Shown here in pieces: positions 28,687-40,600 of a DNA stretch of 64,000 nucleotides; within the stretch, counting starts at the first letter, position 1, and the number at the start of each line of letters is the position of its first letter. This stretch comes from Candidatus Woykebacteria bacterium. Its GTDB lineage: Bacteria; Patescibacteriota; Microgenomatia; Woykebacterales; RBG-16-39-9b. The translations under genes were made by a program, and so were the position numbers. The notes under the pieces are model-generated. The model made no database searches, was not told the origin of the DNA, and worked only from the letters and a program-made list of their open reading frames with translations. The stretch covers positions 264,547 to 328,546 of the forward strand of contig JBBDPM010000006.1 in NCBI GenBank assembly GCA_040876345.1, written 5' to 3'.

Positions 28687-29787
28687 ATGAAAAAATCATT
28701 AGACAGGATGCTTAAACGCACAGTTGCAATCTTAGTCTTATTGACAATAATAGCCCTTCCCTTTTCATTCAATAAGGATGTTCAAGCTGCATCTCACACA
28801 GCTATATCTGATACTTTATCACGTCTCCAAGACACAACTACAGCCAACCACACAATTCAGTTTGATCTCGCAACCGCTTGGGATGATACGGAAGCTCTTG
28901 TAGTAGATTTTGTCGACGGTGATGGTTTTAGCACGGCCGGTTTTGCTAATACTGAAGCCGAAGATTTTGATATTACTTGGGAAGGAGCTGAGCAGACTAT
29001 TGTGGCCGCCGGTGGTTGTAGTGGAGCTGCCATTGAGATAGAAGTTACCACTGTAGACACAACTACTGATACCTTTACCTTCACCCGCTGCACTGGTGAT
29101 GCTGATTCAGCCGCCAATGACACTGTGGTTATTGAGATTGGTACCAACGCAACCGCAGGCAGCGCTGGTAATGACCAAATTGTAAACGCTACCAGCTCTG
29201 GGAGTAAAACAGTATCGCTAACCGGTCCGACTTCTGGAGATAGCGCTCAATTTGCTCTGGCCATAATGAGTGGGGATCAGGTTACCGTCTCAGCAACTGT
29301 TGATCCATCAGTTACTTCTTCGCTAAGTGCCTCAACCTGTACTTTGGGTACTCTAGTCTCAAGTGCAATCAATTTTTGTTCATACACCAATACGGTTTCG
29401 ACAAACGCAACCAGCGGCTACGCATCCACTATAGTTGAAAACGGAAATCTTTGTTCTCCTTCCGTCGCCGTTTGTACAAATACCGTAGATGATGCAGCTG
29501 GAGATAACGACGTGGATCAAGCTAGTGAAGAATATGGAGTCTCTAGCAACGACACTACAGGTACTCAAGACATTATTGATAGTACTGGATGTGATGACAG
29601 TGGAGTTGTTGAAGCAGCCAGCGCAATTACAACAAGTGCCCAGGTTTATGCTGACAGCGGTGATGGCGATACTGGGCCAGTTTCGGGCGCGGTTACCACT
29701 GTTTGTCACTCGGCTTCTGTAAGTGGTACTACACCGGCCGGAAGTTATAGTCATATTGTCACTCACATTACGACTGGTACTTTTTAA
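28687..29787 (+). CDS. secreted WxL-like protein, paralogous C-domain to the upstream gene
   Basis: Signal peptide; V.ATVDPS; STNATSGY; SEEYG; C-terminus AGSYSHIVTHITTGTF. Confidence 0.7.
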   Translation: MKKSLDRMLKRTVAILVLLTIIALPFSFNKDVQAASHTAISDTLSRLQDTTTANHTIQFDLATAWDDTEALVVDFVDGDGFSTAGFANTEAEDFDITWEGAEQTIVAAGGCSGAAIEIEVTTVDTTTDTFTFTRCTGDADSAANDTVVIEIGTNATAGSAGNDQIVNATSSGSKTVSLTGPTSGDSAQFALAIMSGDQVTVSATVDPSVTSSLSASTCTLGTLVSSAINFCSYTNTVSTNATSGYASTIVENGNLCSPSVAVCTNTVDDAAGDNDVDQASEEYGVSSNDTTGTQDIIDSTGCDDSGVVEAASAITTSAQVYADSGDGDTGPVSGAVTTVCHSASVSGTTPAGSYSHIVTHITTGTF

Positions 29788-29794
29788 TTAACAA

Positions 29795-30868
29795 ATGACT
29801 GCTCAACTGCCTAGTAAGAAAGTATTAATAGCCCTTTTAACAACAGTGTTTGCGCTGGCAACCCTCAGCTCTACTCTATTCGCTCAAGAATCTGACCAGA
29901 AAGAAGAAGCTGCTGAAGGTAGCGTGGGTATTCAAATATCCGCCCCTATCTATAACTTCGAAATAGACCCCGGTAAATCGGCTCAGGAAATAATCAAAGT
30001 GCGCAATGTCTCTAATATTGTACACACTTTTTACCCAGAAGTTTTTGACTTTAAACCAAAGGACGAAACTGGAACTCCGGAATTTTTAATTGGCGATCAG
30101 AGCAACTCTTATGGGTACTCGCTCGCCTCTTGGATAAAAATCGCCCAGGAAGGCATAAAACTCGCTCCAGATGAATCAGCGGCTTTGAATTTCACCATAA
30201 ATGTACCAGCCGATGCCGAGCCAGGTGGTCATTACGCCGGAGTATTGTTTGGCACTTCAGCACCAAAAGTGGGCGGAAGCCAAATTGGAATATCAAATAA
30301 AGTTGGCTCGCTTATCTTAGTGAGAGTTGCCGGAGACGCGAAAGAGTCAGCAAATATTAAAGAATTCACCACCTCAACGAATTTTTATGAGCAAGGGCCA
30401 GTCCCATTTACAGTCAGAGTGGAAAACACGGGCAACGTTCACGTTATACCAAAAGGCGTAATTGAGATCAAAAATATTTTTGGTAGTTCAGTAGCTACAC
30501 TTAACGTTAATGAGAAAGATGGCAGCCTACTTCCAGAGAGCATCCGCGCCTTTATGGATAAAGATGGTAACAAAATTACCTGGAGTCCAGATAGTCTAAC
30601 GATTGGAAGGTTTACGGCAACCTTAAACTTAACCTACGGTGATCCTGCTAAAAATCTAACCTCGAGCGTCACTTTCTGGGTGGTGCCTTGGAAAATATTA
30701 CTCGTAATTCTACTTGGTCTAATAATAATAATTCTTATGATTATCTTCCTAGTTAAAAAGTACAATCGCTGGATTGTTTCGCGAGCGACGAATAATGCGT
30801 CTGGACCGGGGCAAAATCCACCAACAAGGAATAGTCAAGGCGGGCCTGCCTCCCCACCGATAGGCTGA
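29795..30868 (+). CDS. DUF916/DUF3324-type WxL-interacting membrane protein
   Basis: Signal peptide; FTINVP.DAEPGGHY; L.RV.G; ENTGNVH..PKG; C-terminal TM. Confidence 0.8.
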   Translation: MTAQLPSKKVLIALLTTVFALATLSSTLFAQESDQKEEAAEGSVGIQISAPIYNFEIDPGKSAQEIIKVRNVSNIVHTFYPEVFDFKPKDETGTPEFLIGDQSNSYGYSLASWIKIAQEGIKLAPDESAALNFTINVPADAEPGGHYAGVLFGTSAPKVGGSQIGISNKVGSLILVRVAGDAKESANIKEFTTSTNFYEQGPVPFTVRVENTGNVHVIPKGVIEIKNIFGSSVATLNVNEKDGSLLPESIRAFMDKDGNKITWSPDSLTIGRFTATLNLTYGDPAKNLTSSVTFWVVPWKILLVILLGLIIIILMIIFLVKKYNRWIVSRATNNASGPGQNPPTRNSQGGPASPPIG

Positions 30869-31473
30869 TGAGAGCTTTCTCCTCTTTAGCTTCAGTTTTG
30901 CTAGCTTTCATACTAGTTTCTCCAATATATGCTCAAGATGTGGACGTTGGTGGTACGGTGGATAAAGAAAACCCAACTGTCTTAATAACTAACCCGATCA
31001 ATGGATCAACCGTATCAGGAACTATAAATGTTACTGCAAACGCTTCGGATGATGTAGGGGTCTCTAAAGTAGAATTTTACGTCGATGGCGATTTAGTTGT
31101 TACCGACACAAGCGCACCTTATGGATTCGGTCTAGACACAAAAACCTTCTCTAACGGCTCTCACACGCTTCTGGCAAAGGTTTATGACACCGTTTCCAAA
31201 ACCGCTACTGATAGTGTTACTTTCAAGACAGCTAATAAAGTGACTCTTGAATCACCAACAAAACGGATACAAGAGCCAACCATCGGCCCGCCAAAGGTAG
31301 CCACGAAGTCAACTGGGGAGGGTAGAAAAACCACCTTAGTCCAAATACCGGAAGAGGAAAAGGAAGGAGGCCCGTCTAATAATCAACGGGATTTTATTTT
31401 AGGGCTTATCATTGGAGTTGAGATTTTTTCGGTCCTACTCTTAATTTATCTACTACGCAGAAGGAAAACTTAA
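30868..31473 (+). CDS. bacterial Ig-like domain surface protein with C-terminal TM
   Basis: P.V.IT.P.NGSTVSG...A.ASDDVGVSKVEFYVDG...APY; TM plus RRRK tail. Confidence 0.85.
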   Translation: MRAFSSLASVLLAFILVSPIYAQDVDVGGTVDKENPTVLITNPINGSTVSGTINVTANASDDVGVSKVEFYVDGDLVVTDTSAPYGFGLDTKTFSNGSHTLLAKVYDTVSKTATDSVTFKTANKVTLESPTKRIQEPTIGPPKVATKSTGEGRKTTLVQIPEEEKEGGPSNNQRDFILGLIIGVEIFSVLLLIYLLRRRKT

Positions 31474-31745
31474 ATACCCAAGAAGATTTTGACTACGTTA
31501 TTGCTGACCTCTAGCACTCCATTTCTAAACTGATAATTAACCCCTTTGCCATCAACTGTTCTTACAATAATTCGGTCTTTGATAAGACTAATTAAATTGG
31601 CATGCTGGGGAAGAACATCAAACGGGCCTAAATCATTTTGGGTGGAGATAGATGAGGCTTTGCCTTTATAGTCCGGATCACGAGTAAAGGAATGCCAGAG
31701 AATTGAAACATCCAGTTCGTTTTTGGTCACTACTTCTTGGTTCAT
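31470..31745 (-). CDS. atpC: F-ATPase epsilon-like subunit, N-terminal beta-sandwich only
   Basis: GPFDVLPQHANLISLI, GVLEV.NNVVKI; last gene of the operon; lacks the C-terminal helical hairpin. Confidence 0.8.
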   Translation of the reverse strand: MNQEVVTKNELDVSILWHSFTRDPDYKGKASSISTQNDLGPFDVLPQHANLISLIKDRIIVRTVDGKGVNYQFRNGVLEVSNNVVKIFLGI

Positions 31746-31752
31746 AAAATCC

Positions 31753-34006
<2,254 letters not shown>

Positions 34007-34010
34007 AATT

Positions 34011-35498
34011 TCAAACTACTGTGTTTTGGATTCTTGAATATAGAATTTGCTCAATTTTCTCTCGGTTTGCTCCTAGATAGTTTTCTAGAGCCTCAACATC
34101 TTCAAACTTTTGCAAATCTGCCACAACACTTTCAAAGGCACATTTCGCAAAGGCCTCGACGAGTTTTGTCCTCTCAACCCGCACTTGCTCAATATTTTTA
34201 CTAGACCAATAATCTGAAAATGCGAGGCCAACAAGTATAAGTGCAACATCTTTCGGTATCACGGTGTATGTCTCTTGATCAAATATAGCCTCGAGTCGCT
34301 CTCCAATATTTAAGTCCGATCTTGTTTTGAGTGGAAGATCAAAGCCAAAATGTGAAAGCTCCTGGGCTTTGCGATAAAGGTTGAGTTTTTCAACAAGAGC
34401 TCTTCTTATTTTTTGCTCTAGCATATTTTGGGTTTGATTGCCAACTCTTGTTACTGAAAGAGAGGTATTTACCGCGGGCCTTCTTCCCTTTTTAAATTCT
34501 GCCTCGTCAAAGAAAATATGACCGTCCGTCATAGCCATAGAATTTGTTGGTAAGTAACCGGTTAAGTCGCCTTGGACTGTTTCAACTACTGGCAAGGCTG
34601 TGATACTGACTGAACCACTCCCGTATTTGATCCTACCGGCTCTCTCAAGAATTTTTGCGTGGATGTGAAAAATGTCGCCCGGGTAACTCTCCCTGGCTGG
34701 CATCTTTTTAGAAAGTAGAGAAATTTCCCGGTAAAATTTTGCGTGGTTTGTAAGGTCATCCAAAACAATTAGTACATCTTTCCCCAAATCTCGAAAATAC
34801 TCCGCTAAAGTAAAGGCGGAGTAAGGCGCAAGATAAACGAGGGATGCGGGATCAGCTGACGACGCAAATACAATAACACAGTTTCCCAAAATCCCAGTTT
34901 TCTGAAGATAATCCTCAATACTTTTAATATCCGATTTTTTCTTTCCAATTCCAACATAGATACAAATAGTACCTTTTTTTGCCTGGTTGTAAATTGTCTG
35001 GAGCAAAAAAGTGGTCCTTCCAGTTTTTTGATCCCCAAGAATAAGCTCCCTTTGACCCTTGCCTAAGGGAATCATATAGTCAACTATTGCTACACCAGTC
35101 TCAAGCTGTTCTGAAATTTTAACCCTTTCCTGAATCCCTGGCGCTTTATTGAATACAGGCCTAGACTCTTTCTCCCCCATTGCTGGACCAAGGCCGTCTT
35201 GGGTATTCATAAGGGGTCCAACAACCCTACCTAACAAATTTTGTGATACCTGGATCTTCATATTCTCTCCGGTTCTTGCAACTCTTTCCCCTATTACGGG
35301 TAGATCGCTCTCCAAAAGAATTACCTCTACAAGTTCTGGGTCGATAGATTGAACAATACCTTTCTTTCCAGTCTCAGTTATTACTACCTCAGAAAGCTTA
35401 GCCTTAGGCAGACCGGAAAGATAAATGACTGTATTTAAAACACTCTCCACTCTACCGATTTCTTGAGTTTCCCTTAAGTAGTCGTCGAAGGTTTTCAT
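34011..35498 (-). CDS. atpA: F1-ATPase alpha subunit (divergent)
   Basis: PLGKGQRELILGDQKTGRT, DDLTNHA, RESYPGD, TDGHIF, SVTRVG arginine finger. Confidence 0.95.
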   Translation of the reverse strand: MKTFDDYLRETQEIGRVESVLNTVIYLSGLPKAKLSEVVITETGKKGIVQSIDPELVEVILLESDLPVIGERVARTGENMKIQVSQNLLGRVVGPLMNTQDGLGPAMGEKESRPVFNKAPGIQERVKISEQLETGVAIVDYMIPLGKGQRELILGDQKTGRTTFLLQTIYNQAKKGTICIYVGIGKKKSDIKSIEDYLQKTGILGNCVIVFASSADPASLVYLAPYSAFTLAEYFRDLGKDVLIVLDDLTNHAKFYREISLLSKKMPARESYPGDIFHIHAKILERAGRIKYGSGSVSITALPVVETVQGDLTGYLPTNSMAMTDGHIFFDEAEFKKGRRPAVNTSLSVTRVGNQTQNMLEQKIRRALVEKLNLYRKAQELSHFGFDLPLKTRSDLNIGERLEAIFDQETYTVIPKDVALILVGLAFSDYWSSKNIEQVRVERTKLVEAFAKCAFESVVADLQKFEDVEALENYLGANREKIEQILYSRIQNTVV

Positions 35499-35950
35499 GA
35501 AAAAGCCCCCTTAACTTTCTCTTTTACAACTTGGTCCAGTATTGAAGCGTAAGAATAATCTCGGAAATTTCCCATAAACTCGATGGTTGCACCCGCCAAT
35601 AAGTCTCTCTTTACCGTAATTTCCAGTACTAAGTGATCACTCCTCCCTACATTTAGTAGTCGGGATATCTTCCTAATAAATTCTTCGTTTGGCTCAAAAG
35701 CAAATTCAAGCCGAGCCTTTGGTAATTTGACGAGAAAGTCTTTTAAGTTTTTCAGCTTTTTAGCTAAATCTTCTTCGGGTGGTTCCCTGTTACCCTCAAT
35801 CCCAAGCTCCTTTAAAACTTCGGGAACGCCTGGATTTACCTCTGCAAGGTTCGTCCTTGCAGATTCACCTATCTTCGCTATTTGGTAAAGCAAATCATTG
35901 AGCTCCTTTGTTGTATATATTTTTGCTATAACTTCTCTCGAGAGTTGCAT
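35495..35950 (-). CDS. atpH: F-ATPase delta (OSCP)-like subunit
   Basis: C-terminal LEITVKRDLLAGATIEF.G..RDYS; position upstream of alpha. Confidence 0.75.
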   Translation of the reverse strand: MQLSREVIAKIYTTKELNDLLYQIAKIGESARTNLAEVNPGVPEVLKELGIEGNREPPEEDLAKKLKNLKDFLVKLPKARLEFAFEPNEEFIRKISRLLNVGRSDHLVLEITVKRDLLAGATIEFMGNFRDYSYASILDQVVKEKVKGAFS

Positions 35951-35952
35951 GC

Positions 35953-36627
35953 CTACAAAAACCTTTCATTTTTGGCGCGCTCGAGTGCCTTAAGTACAAG
36001 CTCTTCGTGTTTACCTGTATCAACCGATTGCTCAATAGTTTCTCTAGCAACATCAGAAACCACCAGGAATATCTTCTGATCAAGATCATTTTTCACCTTT
36101 TCTTTATAAGAGGAGAGTTCTTGGTTGACCTTACCTCTCTCCTCGATAGTGGCCTTGATAAGCTCCTCTCGCAGCCTGCCAATCTCAAGCTGGATGGAAG
36201 ACTTGGCACCGGCCACTACTTTACCAAACTCAGAGTTTTGAACTTGGGCTAAATTCTCAAATTCTTTTTTATAAGATTCTGTGATAGTATTTATTATATT
36301 TTGAAATACTTCAGAATCTTTTGATATAGTATCCCTAACTAACGCCTCTGCTTTGGCGTTTAATTCTTGCCTCATTTGCTCCCCCACATCCTCTACACTC
36401 TTGAGTTCTTCTAGGGTCTCTTCCACCGTATCTTTAGATTCCTCAAGCGCTTCGCTCAAGACCTTTTTCTCTTTGCCGACAACTCTATTTCGAAGTTTCA
36501 ATATCCTTCTTAGAAATGGTGTTAAATCGGCTAAATTGCGTTGAGTTTGATATAAACTAAAAAGGAGCAATAAAACAATGAGATTTAGGAAAATTGATCC
36601 TATTAATAGTATTTGTAAGGTGTCCAT
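35953..36627 (-). CDS. atpF: F-ATPase b-like peripheral stalk subunit (elongated)
   Basis: Single N-terminal TM, long coiled coil, b-type C-terminus V.DVA.E.I..S.D...HEELV..AL. Confidence 0.7.
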   Translation of the reverse strand: MDTLQILLIGSIFLNLIVLLLLFSLYQTQRNLADLTPFLRRILKLRNRVVGKEKKVLSEALEESKDTVEETLEELKSVEDVGEQMRQELNAKAEALVRDTISKDSEVFQNIINTITESYKKEFENLAQVQNSEFGKVVAGAKSSIQLEIGRLREELIKATIEERGKVNQELSSYKEKVKNDLDQKIFLVVSDVARETIEQSVDTGKHEELVLKALERAKNERFL

Positions 36628-36628
36628 A

Positions 36629-37459
36629 TTATCTGCCTAAGAAAATTAACAATAAAGAAAGCCCTACTCCGGCTGCTGTGAATATTAAAACTGTTAATAA
36701 ATTCAAAAACATGCTACCTTGGATAGTCCCCTTTGCCAGTGGGTTTCTGCCAATTGCAACTATTCCAGTCCTAACTGCCCGAGCTGCTGAAATGAATCCC
36801 AGACCAAATGATATAATTATTAAAATTAGGGCGAACAAGTATCTAAGCAAAAGTTGAAAGTTGTTAGGCTCTTGAAGACTTGTTGAGGTAAAAGCAACTA
36901 GCTTTTGCCAAAGGTCATCGGCATTTTGTCCCCCCAGTTGAGTTTGATAATGAATATTAATTTGCACAGATATATTACCCACCCCACTGCCAGAATACGA
37001 TGCTAACGCCTTACCGAGAACCACACCAGCTTGTGTGGCCTTTTGACCAACACCAGGATCTTTTGAAGCAGTGATAAAATCGCCCAGTGAAATGTTACCG
37101 TTTACCGTTGATACTTTTACGAGCGCCTCACCCTCTGAAACTATAGCTTTTGACTTGTCTGTTTTTTTGTTGAGTTCAATGGCCGGGTTTTCAACAACTA
37201 CTCCAAAAACATTTTGATCGTAGGCAACTACTGCGCGGACCAGATTATCATCCTCTGTAATTGAGACTATATCTCCCGCCTGCGCTTCGCTGTCAGAAAC
37301 CTCAAGATTTGTGGCAATCTGCGTCCCCAAAAACTCTTGAGCAAAACTACTGCGCGGGAATATAAAACCAAAGACCGCCATTATCAACATTAAACCCAGT
37401 AAGGTTCGAGTGTACATAGGCTTAGAAACTAGTGACCAGAGACCAGGGGAAGTTATCAT
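36629..37459 (-). CDS. fusion: signal peptide + extracellular peptidase-G2-like domain + ATP synthase c-like hairpin lacking the carboxylate
   Basis: Signal ..PRSSFA|QE (likely start ATG 37417); GD.V....A....D....GVV..P...G...V.V...NG.I..GD.IT.S..PGVG.KA...G..LGKAL; C-terminal FGLG....R....G..AIGRNPLAKGTIQGSM hairpin; first gene of the atp operon. Confidence 0.85.
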   Translation of the reverse strand: MITSPGLWSLVSKPMYTRTLLGLMLIMAVFGFIFPRSSFAQEFLGTQIATNLEVSDSEAQAGDIVSITEDDNLVRAVVAYDQNVFGVVVENPAIELNKKTDKSKAIVSEGEALVKVSTVNGNISLGDFITASKDPGVGQKATQAGVVLGKALASYSGSGVGNISVQINIHYQTQLGGQNADDLWQKLVAFTSTSLQEPNNFQLLLRYLFALILIIISFGLGFISAARAVRTGIVAIGRNPLAKGTIQGSMFLNLLTVLIFTAAGVGLSLLLIFLGR

Positions 37460-37540
37460 TGTCCCTGACTTCTGGTCCCTTGCATCTAACCAAATGGTAT
37501 CACAAACTTACTCAATTACTTAAATACTTGAAGCTGATAC

Positions 37541-37605
37541 TTGACAAATCTTCCAGGAAATTTCATAATTTTAGGTAGAGTTTCCCGTGACGGGAAAGCC
37601 TACCT
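37541..37605 (+). promoter_or_regulatory. promoter and palindromic leader of the giant HTH-fibre gene
   Basis: TTGACA(37541)-17-CATAAT(37564); hairpin AGGTAG-..TTTCCCGTGACGGGAAA..-CTACCT at 37573-37605. Confidence 0.75.
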
Positions 37606-37636
37606 CCCGTGGGAAACCAAGTTCCAATCTCTGCCA

Positions 37637-40600
37637 ATGGAACCGACTAAATTAGAGGGCCAAACATTACTGCCATACTCTGAAATCATTACCCTTGCTA
37701 AGAAGGTGGGTGTTGATTTTGGTAAAGGCTATCCCTACAATAGGCTCCGCTACTACACCAAAATCGGTCTTTTACCCCGCGCGCAAAGAAAATCTTTTGG
37801 TGCATCACCTGAAGGGTGTTACCCCTCTTGGGTTGTCGATAAGTTAGTTGATGTAGACCGAAAGCTAAAAAGTGGCGCAACAATCCAAGCAATTCTCCGG
37901 GAAGAAAGTGATCCAAAGACTAACCCTGTAACAAACCTTGAACCAATAACTTTAACTCCGGCTTACGGAGTTTACCCAAACCTCCTTGCCCAATCCGAAA
38001 TCGATCATAGATCGTCGATAGTCGATAGTCGAACTTCGAACATCGACCATCCAACATCCTGGTTTCCCTTCTTGGGTAAAACCCTCGCCTACTCTACTTT
38101 ATTATTAATAATACTAGGTGCGTCCCTAGTGAGCGCTTACTTTTGGCCACCGACTCATCAAGGGTTGAGAAATATAGCTGCCAATTTAGGCACGAAAGAT
38201 TCAATTTCCCGTGACGGGAAAGATATTTCCCGCTCCGCCAACCTCCTAAGTGACAAAGTTGGATCGGTACTTGGCCGGGCCACTTCCCCATTCCTTAAGA
38301 TAAATGTTGAAACTGAGATGGATAAACTCCTGTCCGCAAACGGCGGCATTGTAACTAATGGTGCAGATGTTAACCTCGGAGATGGTCAATTAACCGCTTC
38401 GAATGTTATTTACGATATTGTAGCTGGTGAAAATGTGACTGTGGGTACTGGTCAAACTCCAACTATCTCTGTACCAGACATTACCGCTGGAATTGGATCT
38501 GTAAGTGGAACAGCCGGAAGAATCACATCCACTGGAGGTGATAACCCTGCTATAAATATTGCTAGCAACTACGCGGGTCAGACTTCCATCAATACTTTAG
38601 GTACTATCACAACTGGCAATTGGAATGGATCAGTAATATCCGATGCCTTCATCAACAATAACCTAACGATATCTTCTTCCGGCAGTGTTGCCTGGTCAGC
38701 GCTAAATAGCTACCCTGCTTCTTGTGGAGCCGGTGAATTCGTTCGAGCAGTCGGCGACGCTCTTACTTGTGTTGCCGAGTCTGGTGGTGTCCCAACAACC
38801 AGAACTTTAACAGCCGGGGCTGGTCTGAGTGGTGGTGGCGATCTTTCGGCGGATAGAACTTTTGATGTTGGTGCGGGTAATGGAATTACGGTAAATGCTA
38901 ACGACGTAGAAGTCAACGCGAACGCGGCCGATTTTGAATTTGTGGCCGGGGTTTTAAATATTGCCGCTGGTGCAATTGAAGATGATGAGGTGGATGATGA
39001 TATAACTATTAGTTCATCTGGCAGTGTTGACTGGAGTGCGCTAACGGGTTACCCTGCAGATTGTTCTGCTGGATCTGCCCTAACCGGGTTTAATGACGCA
39101 AACCCCGACACCTTTGATTGCGATGCGGATTTTGTGGAAAGCAACGTCGCGGAAACTATTACCGGTGGTTGGGTCTTTAATACCAACCCAACAACATTCG
39201 ATACTGATGCCACTTTTAACGCTGGTATAATTGCTAGTGCGCTTTCGGGAGCAGCCGGTACTGCCTTGTGTATTGATGGGACCGATAACATAGTTACTTG
39301 TAATGCAGGTTCCTCTTCCGCTACCCTGCAAAGTGCCTATGACGCTGGTAATTCTATCACCACAGCCGATGCAGATGGCAGCATACTCTTTAACTTGGCT
39401 GACACTGCTGCCGATCAAGATTTCATTGTTGATATTTTAGGAACCGGGAATACTTTTGAAGTTCGGGATAATAACTCCCCTATTCTTTCAGTGGCCGACG
39501 GCGGAACAGTCGGCATCACCGGTACCTTGGACGTTTCTGGCCACGGTGCTTTTGGAGGAGGCGGAAGCGTTTTAAGCTCTCGAATTCTTAATGTAAGTGA
39601 AACTTTCACAACAGGTGGTGCTAGAGGGCTGGTAGTTAATCCTACGTTTAACCCAAGCGCCTTAACCACCGTTCGTTCCTTCGATAACACACCTACATTT
39701 GGCCCAACTGGAGCAAGTACTATTACAATGGTGGGCGATTACGTCAAAAGTACTGTCGGTGGTTCCAATACAGGTGCTGGAACGAGTCTTTACAACTCCT
39801 ACATTGACTCGCCAACAATTGGAGGCACAACAGTTGTCAACAATTATGGCCTTTATATGGCTGATCAAAGTGGTGCCACAAACAATTACGCACTATACCA
39901 AACCGGAACAAGCGCCACCAACATATTGAACGCCAACACCAGAATTGGCTCTACTACTATCCCTGCAGCGACTTTAGATATAGCTGGGACTTTGCTCGCT
40001 GATTCTGATGTTACTCTCAGTCATTCTGGAACAGAAAATTTGGAAATTATATCTACTAGTTCAACTGATATGATTAACCTTGCTATATACGCACACGCAT
40101 CCGCCCTGGCTGGTGCCAAGACTGGGATTCTAATCTCCAATGCTGGGGGAGGATTTCCTGAAGGTCTTGACATAGGACTTAATGTCACAAATGTAAATGG
40201 TCTTGATATGCCAGACGGTATATTAATCGACTCATCTTCTGGAACTTATACAGATGCCATTGATGTTTCAGATTCTGACATTGTGAATGCCCTGAACGTA
40301 GGTAGTAACGTAATTTTAGGAACCACACCAACAATTGATTTCACTAATTTTGATGTTTCTAGCGGTGGGCAGCTTACATTTACTGGCGTCTCAACGGATA
40401 TTACTACGGGGGCAAACGAAGATTTAACTCTTTCACCAAACGGTACTGGTGACATTATATTGTCCACTGATGGAGATACTTCGGCAATTCTATCTTCCTT
40501 CGCTAATAACAATGGGGTTGTTTACACTAACGGTTCTGGGGTGCTAGCTCAAACAGCTACTGGTGGGGCGGGAACGCTTTGTCTAACATCTGCTAGTGGT

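Noticed and set aside
37541-37636. N-terminal extension of the giant ORF from TTG 37541
   Set aside because: That TTG is the -35 hexamer of a well-spaced promoter; ATG 37637 is the plausible start.
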